Source of the DNA: an uncultured virus (IMG/VR IMGVR_UViG_3300001255_000001)
Lineage: Duplodnaviria; Heunggongvirae; Uroviricota; Caudoviricetes
Length of the DNA: 64,000 nucleotides
IMG/VR virus record: IMGVR_UViG_3300001255_000001
Coordinates: 1-64,000 of that record
Strand: one strand, 5' to 3'
The notes beneath the pieces were generated by a model that had not been told where the DNA came from, ran no database searches, and was given only the letters and a program-made list of their open reading frames with translations. A program made the translations under genes and the position numbers. Shown here one piece after another: positions 16,623-25,600 of the stretch (positions are counted from its first letter, which is position 1; every line of letters starts with the position of its first letter).

Positions 16623-17158
16623 TATAGAGTTTCTCCGCCCAAAGATCTGTTACAGGCACATAGCTCCCCTGTTTGAAGTGCATCTAGTACACGAAGAGTT
16701 TCATCTGGGTTTCTTCCTACATCTAAGTTGTTTACAGTAACATGCTGAATTGTATTGTCTGGGTCAACAATAAATGTGGCACGGTATGTAACTCCAGATG
16801 GGTGATGTACGCCAAGATCGTTTGCTAACTGGTGGCCTGTATCTGCAAATGACCAAGAGTTAGTTTTGCGTAAATCATCATGTGCGTTACGCCATGCAAT
16901 CTTACAAAATTCATTATCTACTGAACCAGTCATAAGAATAGCATCTCTATCATTAAAATCATTTACTAATGCATCGTATGCAACAATTTCTGTTGGACAT
17001 ACAAATGTAAAATCCTTTGGATAAAAAGCAATGATCTTCCACTTTCCAGGGAAAGAGTCTTGATTTAATACTTCAAAAGAACTATCTTCATAGCTCAGGG
17101 CTCCTGGCTTTACACCAGTAACTGCAAAATTTCCTAACTTATCTCCTACTGTTTTCAT
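16622..17158 (-). CDS. ahpC: peroxiredoxin AhpC
   Basis: FYPKDFTFVCPTE, GRNPDE and ELCACN motifs. Confidence 0.95.
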   Translation of the reverse strand: MKTVGDKLGNFAVTGVKPGALSYEDSSFEVLNQDSFPGKWKIIAFYPKDFTFVCPTEIVAYDALVNDFNDRDAILMTGSVDNEFCKIAWRNAHDDLRKTNSWSFADTGHQLANDLGVHHPSGVTYRATFIVDPDNTIQHVTVNNLDVGRNPDETLRVLDALQTGELCACNRSLGGETL

Positions 17159-17188
17159 TTTTCTCCTATATAGTTTATCTTACACGTG

Positions 17189-17261
17189 TGTCCCCAGATG
17201 GGCTCGAACCATCGACCCGCAGATTAAAAGTCTGCTGCTCTACCAGCTGAGCTATAGGAAC
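17189..17261 (-). tRNA. tRNA-Lys(TTT)
   Basis: Cloverleaf; GCAGA-CTTTTAA-TCTGC. Confidence 0.93.
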
Positions 17262-17262
17262 G

Positions 17263-17335
17263 CTGCCCCACCTGGTCTCGATCCAGGGACACCCGAATTA
17301 ACAGTTCGGTGCTCTACCAGCTGAGCTATGGGGCA
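17263..17335 (-). tRNA. tRNA-Asn(GTT)
   Basis: Cloverleaf; CCGAA-CTGTTAA-TTCGG; atypical T loop ATCGAGA. Confidence 0.88.
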
Positions 17336-17378
17336 CAACTGACTTAAGTATATAATTTATTTCAAAGGGAGTCAATAG

Positions 17379-17624
17379 TTACTTAATGTGATCGATAGAT
17401 TGTTTTGCTTTTGTTTTAATCCATTGACCTATTCTTCCTCTATTAACTTTTTCTATTAAAATTGGGGCAAAGCTTTCATTTTTAATTTCTGAGCCAATAT
17501 ACTCTTCGCCTGTTTCAAGGTCTAATACCTTATACTTTCCTGGCGCTTTGGTGTGTATAATTAGATCAACCGCCTCATCAAGTTCAGAGACGGTTGATCC
17601 ATTTAGTAATTTTCTAATTTTTAT
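17379..17624 (-). CDS. hypothetical protein with non-canonical (ATA/ATT) start
   Basis: Open frame IKIRKLLNGS...HTKAPGKYKVLDLETGEEYIG; no ATG/GTG/TTG start before the upstream TAG. Confidence 0.5.
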   Translation of the reverse strand: MKIRKLLNGSTVSELDEAVDLIIHTKAPGKYKVLDLETGEEYIGSEIKNESFAPILIEKVNRGRIGQWIKTKAKQSIDHIK

Positions 17625-17653
17625 AATCCAGGCCTTAAATAAAATCTAATTGT

Positions 17654-17842
17654 TTAGATCTTTTTTCTGCCTATTTTTTTAGGCGGTCTTTGTGCAGTAT
17701 TTATCTCACGACGAATACCATGTTTATTTGTATCAATCTTTAATCCTTGTCTAGGATTTTTTCTTGTAGCCTCTCGGCTTGTTACTGCACCAGCTGCTGC
17801 ACCGTTAGGTGGAGGAGCCATTCCTGTTCCATCCATTGACAT
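17654..17842 (-). CDS. small Pro/basic protein
   Basis: Coupled ORF. Confidence 0.7.
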   Translation of the reverse strand: MSMDGTGMAPPPNGAAAGAVTSREATRKNPRQGLKIDTNKHGIRREINTAQRPPKKIGRKKI

Positions 17843-18006
17843 TAATTCATGTCCATTTCTGTTTTTGAAACTCCAAGAGTATTTTCGGAGTCTGTGCCAA
17901 ACATAACTGGTGAAGGTAGTTGGCCTGGGCCAACGTCATACACGTTTTGGTTTGGCATCTCTACGCCCATAAATGCTTCTGAGCTGCATCCACACATAGC
18001 GCACAT
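17842..18006 (-). CDS. 54-aa protein with N-terminal MCAMCGC
   Basis: Own translation; coupled to neighbours. Confidence 0.65.
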   Translation of the reverse strand: MCAMCGCSSEAFMGVEMPNQNVYDVGPGQLPSPVMFGTDSENTLGVSKTEMDMN

Positions 18007-18009
18007 AGA

Positions 18010-18168
18010 TTACTTACCGTTGTTTCCTACGCCAGAACCGTCTTGTGTTGACTTATCTGATGCTGGAAAAGCTGAAGCTGGTGCCTCTGTGTAGTTTTCT
18101 GTTGGCCAAGGTGAAGTACCTGCTGGCTTTACTTCGTTAAATCCTGTTAAATTCAATCCATCTGTCAT
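18010..18168 (-). CDS. 52-aa low-complexity protein
   Basis: Strong AGGAG RBS; MTDGLNLTGFNEVKPAGTSPWP... (own translation). Confidence 0.7.
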   Translation of the reverse strand: MTDGLNLTGFNEVKPAGTSPWPTENYTEAPASAFPASDKSTQDGSGVGNNGK

Positions 18169-18365
18169 TTTATTACTCCTATAGGTTATTTATTTGAGCG
18201 GGACTAGTAATCCACTCATATGACTATTATAGCATTTAGTTGATTAGGACTTGTACTGCTTATGCCAGCAGTCATCACAAATATCTATTATCATGCCTTC
18301 TGGCTTAGATGATAGTCTAGTTGCTTTATTACCGCAGTCTTTTATCTCACAATGCCCACTAAACA

Positions 18366-18506
18366 CTACTTAGATCCTTTTGCCTTTTGTCCTCTATATC
18401 CAGTTTTCTTTATATTCATAGATCCTGGCTTTTTCTGCCCACTAGCATATGTTCCTGCTTGTCTTTGAGCTAAAGCTCTTTGCATTTTATCTAAATGTTT
18501 TCCCAT
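18366..18506 (-). CDS. 46-aa basic protein
   Basis: MGKHLDKMQRALAQRQ...KKPGSMN (own translation); TAATG coupling. Confidence 0.6.
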   Translation of the reverse strand: MGKHLDKMQRALAQRQAGTYASGQKKPGSMNIKKTGYRGQKAKGSK

Positions 18507-18706
18507 TATTTTACCTTATTCCCAAATTTTGCCCAAAGTCTTTCATGAATAAAATATCCAGCTGCCTCAAAAGCTATGTATAGGAATGCTCCGATAGTAG
18601 CATATTCCCATTCCCCAGTAAATAAAAATATTAAGCCTGCAAGTACAACTAAATGAAATACTTCCCAGCTAATAGTTTTTAAAGATGTTCTTTTATTTGA
18701 CTCCAT
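18506..18706 (-). CDS. DUF2061 membrane protein
   Basis: ESNKRTSLKTISW...YFIHERLW. Confidence 0.85.
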   Translation of the reverse strand: MESNKRTSLKTISWEVFHLVVLAGLIFLFTGEWEYATIGAFLYIAFEAAGYFIHERLWAKFGNKVK

Positions 18707-19490
18707 TTTGTTCCCCTATCATTTCTTTTATTAAATAATGTATCGATGAAACATTATTATCTTCTGGATGAGTACTAATTAATAAATCAGTTGCACCCAA
18801 ATCTTTTAGATCATTTATCTGTTTTTTAACTATATCCTTGCTTCCGCATATTGTCCATTGATCGGATCCAGGATTTTTTTGGATCATCTCTTTTATTTCT
18901 GACTCTGATTCATTTATAATTATTCTAAAAGATAACATTTGCTTTTTATTTTTTATAAAATTAGTATCGTTGTAGGAATTCTTATGCATGTTTATCATGG
19001 CCAAGTGAGTTGCATTGTATTTGTCTGCCATAAGCTTAGTCTCATTAGAATGACCGCCCATTACTATTTCTGAAACGGTATCCCCAGACAACTCAATAAA
19101 CTTTGCAAGCCAGTCGTCCGTATACTTTAATCTTTTTTCTGGAGTATTGAGTTGATCGCTTACCCATATTAAGTCCTCAACTGATGTTTCGTCTTTATGA
19201 AGATCCCCTGAGACTATATTTAGCATCAGTCTGTTTGGAGAGATTGAATAAAAAGCTTTGCACATCATTGCACAGTATTCTGGGCTAATTGCATATGTTC
19301 TTATAGCTGGCATGTATTTAAATTTATGATTTACATCTAATGCTCTAGCTGCTTTAATCCAATTGTCATCTATCTTTGAGTGATAAACCAATAATATTGA
19401 TTCGTAACCAAACTCATCGACAATACCAGAAATTGTTTTTAGGTGAGATATACTTGTATCTTCGCCTCTTTCCATCCAATGAAATCTCAT
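18693..19490 (-). CDS. luciferase-like (LLM) flavin monooxygenase, SsuD-like
   Basis: GYESILL, KYMPAIR...SP and NRLMLNIVSG motifs. Confidence 0.8.
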   Translation of the reverse strand: MRFHWMERGEDTSISHLKTISGIVDEFGYESILLVYHSKIDDNWIKAARALDVNHKFKYMPAIRTYAISPEYCAMMCKAFYSISPNRLMLNIVSGDLHKDETSVEDLIWVSDQLNTPEKRLKYTDDWLAKFIELSGDTVSEIVMGGHSNETKLMADKYNATHLAMINMHKNSYNDTNFIKNKKQMLSFRIIINESESEIKEMIQKNPGSDQWTICGSKDIVKKQINDLKDLGATDLLISTHPEDNNVSSIHYLIKEMIGEQNGVK

Positions 19491-19516
19491 ATTCCCATTC
19501 TATCATTTATAAGATA

Positions 19517-19546
19517 AGGGGGCAAGACCAATAGATCCTGCCCCCT
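19517..19546 (-). terminator. hairpin terminator
   Basis: GGGGGCAGGATC/GGTCTTGCCCCC stem on the - strand after the stop codon. Confidence 0.7.
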
Positions 19547-19558
19547 GTTACTAATTAA

Positions 19559-20686
19559 TTACTTAACTAAAGTAACTTTAGCCTTTGGATTCTTTGCATT
19601 CCATTGGCGAGCCAACTTGTTGAAAGCATCCTTAAGTGACTTAATTGCTGCAGCATTATCTGCAGTAAGCTTAGCAATCTGAGCATCCTTTGCAACAAGT
19701 GCTGCATCTGACACTACCTTTGCATCTGCGAGTGCCTTAGCAGAAGCAGCCTTCTCTGCTGCTAGAGCAGCATCTGAAGCAACCTTTGCAGCAGCAGCAT
19801 CTGCAGCAGCCTTTACAACTGCAGCATCTGAAATTGCCTTAGCGGCCAGTGCAGCATCCTTTGCGGCCTTCTCAGCAGCAAGCTCTGATACTAGATCACG
19901 AACCGCAATCTCTGCGAATGGTGCAAGTGTTGGAGCAGTCAAACCTACTACTGCACCTGCAACTGCATCTCCTGCAGTTGTTGGAGCAAACGTAATAAGT
20001 GAGCGTGTTCCAGTTGTTGGAAGAGTAGCCTTAAAGGTTGCTGTTCCAAAATCTGTAAGCGTAGCACCAGTTGTTACTGTTGCTGTGTCTAGTACTGCTG
20101 TTGCAGCAAAGACTGTTGCTGTAATTGACTTACCAGACACCTTGTTACCAAATGCGTCTGTTGCAGTTACAACGATATCCTGCTTAGTTCCTGCTGCACC
20201 TGCTGAAGGTGCTGAAACTGTTAGGTTATTGATCTTGCCAGCAGTACCCTGTACATAGTATGTAAGAGTTGTTCCACCATTGTTAATTACAACGGTTCCA
20301 ATTGCTGTTGTCTTTGTGTAGACAAAGAATGTTGCAGTTGTTCCAGTACCTGTTGCAATTGTCAAAGATGATGATCCTGACGATGCTCCGACTGGTGCTG
20401 CTGATGTGTGTAGTGCTGATACGATTGTTGCGTTAGTTGCTACTGCAGAAACTGATGTTCCTGCCGCTACTGTTGCCACAAAGCGTAATGCATCTGCTGC
20501 ATCGATTGTATTGTCTGCTGGGACTGGTAATGTGGCAGGGGTAGCAATTACACCATTAGTTGTGTTTGCTGTTCCATCTAGCGTTACCGCTACTGTCATT
20601 ACTGTAGCATTTGCAGGTGCTACGGCGACCATGCCCAAAGTCATGGCTGCAACCATGGCTAGTGCGATTTTCTTAAATGACTTCAT
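19559..20686 (-). CDS. secreted Ala/Thr-rich surface protein (beta-sandwich-like body, coiled-coil C-terminus)
   Basis: Sec signal peptide ending PANA; Ala-rich helical tail; AAGGAG RBS. Confidence 0.75.
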   Translation of the reverse strand: MKSFKKIALAMVAAMTLGMVAVAPANATVMTVAVTLDGTANTTNGVIATPATLPVPADNTIDAADALRFVATVAAGTSVSAVATNATIVSALHTSAAPVGASSGSSSLTIATGTGTTATFFVYTKTTAIGTVVINNGGTTLTYYVQGTAGKINNLTVSAPSAGAAGTKQDIVVTATDAFGNKVSGKSITATVFAATAVLDTATVTTGATLTDFGTATFKATLPTTGTRSLITFAPTTAGDAVAGAVVGLTAPTLAPFAEIAVRDLVSELAAEKAAKDAALAAKAISDAAVVKAAADAAAAKVASDAALAAEKAASAKALADAKVVSDAALVAKDAQIAKLTADNAAAIKSLKDAFNKLARQWNAKNPKAKVTLVK

Positions 20687-20734
20687 TTAATTTATTCTCC
20701 TTATTTCTTCTGACTCTTATTTGATATCAGAAAT

Positions 20735-20905
20735 CTAGTGTAATTCATGTACTTTTACATGAAACGAGCAGGGATCCCCGCCCTCTTCCCATTCTTGCAT
20801 TTCTTCGTCTGACATTGGTGGACCATCGTGTGTGTCACAAAACACATCAGATATCCATCCTCTATCATAACCATTTTTTAGCCATATCTCAAACTCTAAA
20901 TCCAT
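20735..20905 (-). CDS. 56-aa hypothetical protein
   Basis: GYDRGWISDVFCDTHDG...GGDPC (own translation). Confidence 0.65.
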   Translation of the reverse strand: MDLEFEIWLKNGYDRGWISDVFCDTHDGPPMSDEEMQEWEEGGDPCSFHVKVHELH

Positions 20906-21198
20906 TCGGAAATCTCCTCAATAAATTTATGTTTTGGCATAGCTCCCTTAGTTCTCTTTACCTCTTTACCGTCTTTAAAAACAATAACAGTAGGCAAAGA
21001 AATGACATTGTATTTATCTGCACTGAATGTATTTTCATCTGCATCTATCTTTCCTATCCACACATTGTATTCTGATGCTACTTCATCAAGTATGGGAGAA
21101 AATCTTTTGCATGGACTACACCATTCAGCCCAAAAATCTACAAGGACAACATGATGAGATCCAATAACTTCATCGAAATTACTGTCAGTTACAATCAT
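20896..21198 (-). CDS. trxA: thioredoxin
   Basis: VDFWAEWCSPCK. Confidence 0.92.
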   Translation of the reverse strand: MIVTDSNFDEVIGSHHVVLVDFWAEWCSPCKRFSPILDEVASEYNVWIGKIDADENTFSADKYNVISLPTVIVFKDGKEVKRTKGAMPKHKFIEEISEWI

Positions 21199-21404
21199 TA
21201 CTTATCCTTTAGCGCCTCTGCTGCTTCATTGAAGCGTATCATAAAATTTTGGATTACCCAAAATGTTGTTTCACCAGCATTCTTGGCCATGGCCTCAGAC
21301 GCCTCTGGTGTTATATCTTCTTGTGCCAAACCATTATACCATTTCTGATACAGTTCTTGGCCAAGATCCTTAATTATTCCGTCCAGCACTGTGATTTCAG
21401 CCAT
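21198..21404 (-). CDS. hypothetical protein
   Basis: ORF from MAEITVLD. Confidence 0.65.
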   Translation of the reverse strand: MAEITVLDGIIKDLGQELYQKWYNGLAQEDITPEASEAMAKNAGETTFWVIQNFMIRFNEAAEALKDK

Positions 21405-22569
21405 TAAGTTTTGCCATCCAAGCTGCTTTAGTTGCTGCAAGCTTATCTTGGGCTAACTTTAAATCAATTGCATACTGCTTTTCTGCTTCTGCAATACCAG
21501 CATCAACCTCTAGCTTTAACGCTGCTGCTCGTGCAGCCTTTGCATCTGCTAGTGCCTTTGCATCTGCTAGTGCCTTTGCATCTGCTAGTGCCTTTGCATC
21601 TGCTAGTGCCTTTGCTGCTGCTTCTGCTGATACAGAATTTGTAGGGCTAGCACTTACTGAATTAGAAAAAGTGATTAGTTTTTTGAATGTTCCTTGTCTT
21701 CCAACTGTATTAACTGAGTTAGCCTTCATTATATTAATTAGATTACTGCCAGATTGACCAGAAGTTGACATAATGCTTAGATATGTTGCTGCAGCAACTT
21801 GAGTTGCAGATGAAGTTCCAGCAATATTTTTAGAAATATTTCCTGGCCCAACCGCTGAAAGATTTCCAAGCGCAAAGAAATCAAGTCGTGCTGAATCATT
21901 ATTACTGTATGATGCGATTTCACCAATTTGATCCACGGCACCGACAGAAACTACTTCTTCAATGCACGATGGCCAATCAATTCGTGAATAGTCGCGGTTA
22001 TTTCCTACCGCAGAAAAAACTGGGATGGACATAGAGTTTAACTGCTGAACTGCAGAAATTGTTCTTGGGAATGTTGGACAATATTGTGTGCCAGATTTAC
22101 CAAGCAGACCGCTGCTGCCCTGTGAAAGAGAAACAGCCTTAACATTATACTTAACTGCATTGTCTCTTAGCCAAAAAAGTGCTGCAGAAATTGTTGATTC
22201 ACCAGTTGGCTTTCTTAGTCCAGCAGGTGTATTTCCAATAATCTTAATAAACAAAATCTTAATGTTAGGGTTAGACTGCACAGCAGTAGTTGCCATAAAT
22301 GTTCCGTGATCAAAACCATTCTTGGTAATTAATGCATTTGGCATTGATGCTGATCCTGGGCCCTCTTGAAAATTCGTTCCATTTGGGCATAGTGACCACT
22401 CAAGGATGCAAACCTCTCCGACAATTTTGCCTTGCAGAGAAGGAACTGATGTGTCAATTGCTGTGTCTAGAATAGCTAGAACTGGTGCGTCTGTACCAGA
22501 TGCCTGTGAAATTGCAACAGGTGATAGAAGTGATAAAGTAAGTACCGCCGTGATTAGTTTATTTTTCAT
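21397..22569 (-). CDS. secreted S8 subtilisin-like protease
   Basis: Signal peptide; ILDTA, HGT and GTSSA catalytic triad motifs. Confidence 0.88.
   Translation of the reverse strand: MKNKLITAVLTLSLLSPVAISQASGTDAPVLAILDTAIDTSVPSLQGKIVGEVCILEWSLCPNGTNFQEGPGSASMPNALITKNGFDHGTFMATTAVQSNPNIKILFIKIIGNTPAGLRKPTGESTISAALFWLRDNAVKYNVKAVSLSQGSSGLLGKSGTQYCPTFPRTISAVQQLNSMSIPVFSAVGNNRDYSRIDWPSCIEEVVSVGAVDQIGEIASYSNNDSARLDFFALGNLSAVGPGNISKNIAGTSSATQVAAATYLSIMSTSGQSGSNLINIMKANSVNTVGRQGTFKKLITFSNSVSASPTNSVSAEAAAKALADAKALADAKALADAKALADAKAARAAALKLEVDAGIAEAEKQYAIDLKLAQDKLAATKAAWMAKLNG
21536..21615. repeat. 18-bp coding tandem repeat (AKALAD x4)
   Basis: GCCTTTGCATCTGCTAGT repeated four times. Confidence 0.9.
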
Positions 22570-22738
22570 ATCTTAAGTATACTAAATAAGATAGGGTTGT
22601 CAAGGCTTTTGCTTATACCATTTCCCAGAGTCCAAATTATTTGTTGTTTTGCCCTCGATAATATCATTAACTAAAAGTATTAGAATATCAGTAAGTGCAC
22701 TAAGGTCTTCAACCCTAGACTCAAGCTGCTTAATCTTT

Positions 22739-23110
22739 TTAGAGTTCCTCAATGTTGCTCCTATCTATTGGTGTCGGGGCTGTTGCAAGGCTCCCGCAGC
22801 TTAGGCATTCCATGTCTAAGAAATAGCTTGCTATCTCATATTCTGAGAATACAACTTTTACTAGCCAAACTTCAGATCCACACAGACAAACATGTGTTGG
22901 AGTTCCCCTTAGATCCATGGCCTTATTATAGTCTACTGGAGGAATGTATCTGGGATCACTCTCTGCTATCACCCTTATCATATCCTGAACGGCTTCTTCA
23001 TACTTATCAATATAGTAAACTCCAACCTTAAACCTTTTAAAAAAAAGAACAAGGAAAAATGAGGTTAGTATTAATGCAATTGATATGGATACTGCTAGGG
23101 CTATTCTCAT
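22739..23110 (-). CDS. membrane-anchored Zn-ribbon protein
   Basis: N-terminal TM; PTHVCLCG...CLSCGS. Confidence 0.7.
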   Translation of the reverse strand: MRIALAVSISIALILTSFFLVLFFKRFKVGVYYIDKYEEAVQDMIRVIAESDPRYIPPVDYNKAMDLRGTPTHVCLCGSEVWLVKVVFSEYEIASYFLDMECLSCGSLATAPTPIDRSNIEEL

Positions 23111-23124
23111 ATCTAAATTATACC

Positions 23125-23682
23125 TTAAACTTGAATATATGTATAGGGGGCTGAAACGCTCATATTAAATGCTGTTGCTGCTTCTAATGCTAATTTTAAT
23201 CTTAGCTTAGGATTTTTTTGATTTTTAGTTGCATACAAAGCTCCAAGTGCTATCTGACCACCGCTTCCTTCTGCCATATAATTAACTATATTTTCTCCTA
23301 CATGAAAATCTTCATCTATTGTAAATATTCTTCCTTCAACGCCTACTATAAAAATTCCGCCACTGTCTTCTTCAGAAGAAGATCCTATGCTACCGTACCC
23401 GTGATCTTTAAACGCAACCTTTACTGAATCTATAAACTTGGTTCTCATAAACTTATCTAAACCAGAGTTTGTTTTAGTTGGCGTATATTTTGGTGGGGTC
23501 CACATGTATTGCAGAATTTGTCCCATTCTAAATGAATCTGTAAACGCAATTCCATACTGACCAACTTTAAAACATTTTGGTTCTTTTCTTGCAAGGATCC
23601 ATCCAGTTTTATCGTCTGAAGCTGCATGGTCGGAACCCATGTAAACGCTTCCATTTTGGGCTATAGCAACTATACATGTCAT
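23125..23682 (-). CDS. HslV/proteasome-beta-like Ntn hydrolase
   Basis: N-terminal MTCIVAI, GSD, AEGSGG..ALGAL. Confidence 0.8.
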   Translation of the reverse strand: MTCIVAIAQNGSVYMGSDHAASDDKTGWILARKEPKCFKVGQYGIAFTDSFRMGQILQYMWTPPKYTPTKTNSGLDKFMRTKFIDSVKVAFKDHGYGSIGSSSEEDSGGIFIVGVEGRIFTIDEDFHVGENIVNYMAEGSGGQIALGALYATKNQKNPKLRLKLALEAATAFNMSVSAPYTYIQV

Positions 23683-23714
23683 GATTTCAGTATACTATTT
23701 TAAAAATTATTTGT

Positions 23715-24032
23715 CTATTCGTGCTCTAAATTCATATCAATATGCATATCCATGTGGTCTATCATTGATAATGATCTATCTAGGTCAGCCTTAACAGATA
23801 TTAATTCTTGCAATGCTTCGTAATATTTCTGCTTCCATTCATCTAAATCTTTTTCTAATTTATATAGCTTTATTTGAAGATCTTTTAGCTCTAAAAGAAG
23901 TCCATCATGCATTTTTTCAGCCTGTCTTATTTGCTCCTTTTTCTTTTCTTTTTTATAGTTAAAGAGCACACCAACTAAACCGCTGGAAACAGAGGCAATT
24001 ATTGTTATAATTATTTGAGTAGTAGTAAACAT
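23715..24032 (-). CDS. TM plus coiled-coil protein
   Basis: N-terminal TM; heptad pattern. Confidence 0.7.
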   Translation of the reverse strand: MFTTTQIIITIIASVSSGLVGVLFNYKKEKKKEQIRQAEKMHDGLLLELKDLQIKLYKLEKDLDEWKQKYYEALQELISVKADLDRSLSMIDHMDMHIDMNLEHE

Positions 24033-24053
24033 TATTACATAATTATACCGTAA

Positions 24054-24290
24054 TTATACTAATAATTCAGAAGCCTTTATATCTTCTCCGTGATATCTTT
24101 TCTTTGAAATATAGTCTTTTACTGTGTCGTGTCCGTATTGTCTTCCAGTAAGGATAACAACCCATCTTGGCTCAAGCTTGTTTAAAATACATGTTTCACA
24201 TAACAAAAGATTTATTGGTAAAAGGGTAGACCTTTTTAGTGAAAGGCTAGCCTTAGTCTTATTACAAGAATAACATAAAACTTTTTCCAT
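24054..24290 (-). CDS. Zn-binding hypothetical protein
   Basis: CYSC...CETC. Confidence 0.7.
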   Translation of the reverse strand: MEKVLCYSCNKTKASLSLKRSTLLPINLLLCETCILNKLEPRWVVILTGRQYGHDTVKDYISKKRYHGEDIKASELLV

Positions 24291-24517
24291 TAGTTCTCTC
24301 CATAATTATTAATTATAATTTCATCTGAAATGATAAAATCGCTATTGTCAAATGGCTCTACGACTTCCTCGAAGCCGTCATGATACCTTATTGTAGACAT
24401 AAATGCACCCTCAGACACTATTACGCCATACTTTTGTTCTGGGATGATGAATACTTTTGTTGCAAGTTCATCTCGTTCTTCCACCTGGCTTTCCCTCCAA
24501 CTCGACTCGTACCCCAT
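24290..24517 (-). CDS. hypothetical protein
   Basis: ORF; start uncertain. Confidence 0.6.
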   Translation of the reverse strand: MGYESSWRESQVEERDELATKVFIIPEQKYGVIVSEGAFMSTIRYHDGFEEVVEPFDNSDFIISDEIIINNYGEN

Positions 24518-24791
24518 ATGATTCTAGGATCCTTTTAACCATTTCGATATAATCTATAACTCTCATTCTCATACTGCCATCGTACTGTGAAAAATTGTTT
24601 TCATATAACCTTATTGCTAAAAATTCAGGATACTTTATTATATCCATCTGTAAGTCGTGTGCAGGGCTTTTAAGCTCTCTCACTTTTTGTGCCATTTCCT
24701 TTGTATAAAAAACTGGTTTATTTGCTTCTCCAGTCCATTCATTAATACCATATTTAAAATGATCTTTATCTTTATTTATAAAGTTGGCCAT
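24468..24791 (-). CDS. hypothetical protein
   Basis: ORF downstream of whiB. Confidence 0.7.
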   Translation of the reverse strand: MANFINKDKDHFKYGINEWTGEANKPVFYTKEMAQKVRELKSPAHDLQMDIIKYPEFLAIRLYENNFSQYDGSMRMRVIDYIEMVKRILESYGVRVELEGKPGGRTR

Positions 24792-25103
24792 TTAAACACC
24801 ATGTTTTTTCTTTAATGTTCTTACCACTTCTTTCGTTTTGTGAGAATTTTTTGATTTATCTGGGCTTCCAGCACTTAGATAAACTCCTCCCCAAACTCCG
24901 TAGTTGTCTGACTCAGTTCCATAGCTATAACACATTGCTATTACTGGACAAGAAATGCATGCCTGATCTATACTTTTTGCTACGTTTACATCCGATTCAT
25001 ACAACTCAAAAAATAAATTAGTATCCATGCCTAAGCACAGAGCAAGGTCTTTCCATTCAAAATTATCTTCGTCTATACCTAGACTATTTAAAAAATTTGA
25101 CAT
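24792..25103 (-). CDS. whiB: WhiB family transcription factor
   Basis: WKDLALC...FF...CISCPV...C...YGVWGG. Confidence 0.92.
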   Translation of the reverse strand: MSNFLNSLGIDEDNFEWKDLALCLGMDTNLFFELYESDVNVAKSIDQACISCPVIAMCYSYGTESDNYGVWGGVYLSAGSPDKSKNSHKTKEVVRTLKKKHGV

Positions 25104-25314
25104 ATTTTAATGGCACTTTCCAAACTCCGTCTTTATTGACTGAAAATTTTTCTGCCACTCCCCAGCTATTTTTAAACATACCTTTAGAGCTTGTAAAACC
25201 AGAACTATCTTTTTGCCAAACAACTAAAGAATAGTTGTCCCAAAATGCAGATATGTTTTTATGCTTATTTTTTTTGATTAGAACTTCTACCCCAAGCTCT
25301 GTTAAGTTTAGCAA
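25084..25314 (-). CDS. hypothetical protein
   Basis: ORF overlapping the whiB start. Confidence 0.65.
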   Translation of the reverse strand: MLNLTELGVEVLIKKNKHKNISAFWDNYSLVVWQKDSSGFTSSKGMFKNSWGVAEKFSVNKDGVWKVPLKYVKFFK

Positions 25315-25330
25315 TATACTTCCTGTTCAG

Positions 25331-25414
25331 TACCCATAGTCGGATTTGAACCGACACTCCAGTGTTGGAGGCAAATTTTAAGTCTGCTGCGTCTGCCGAT
25401 TCCGCCATACGGGC
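25331..25414 (-). tRNA. tRNA-Leu(TAA)
   Basis: Type II cloverleaf with variable arm; loop CTTAAAA. Confidence 0.9.
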
Positions 25415-25600
25415 ATGGTGCTAATACTATTATACTAGCACAATTCGGACATGTCAACTACTTTTAGCTATTTTTATTATTTTTACACTTTTTATTTCAT
25501 CGTCTACATTGAATATATCTGAAATATAATCTTTGGCATCTGCCTCTGAAAAGGCATCAACGCTAGCCAATACCTCTATTTTAACGATGTAGGTATTCAC

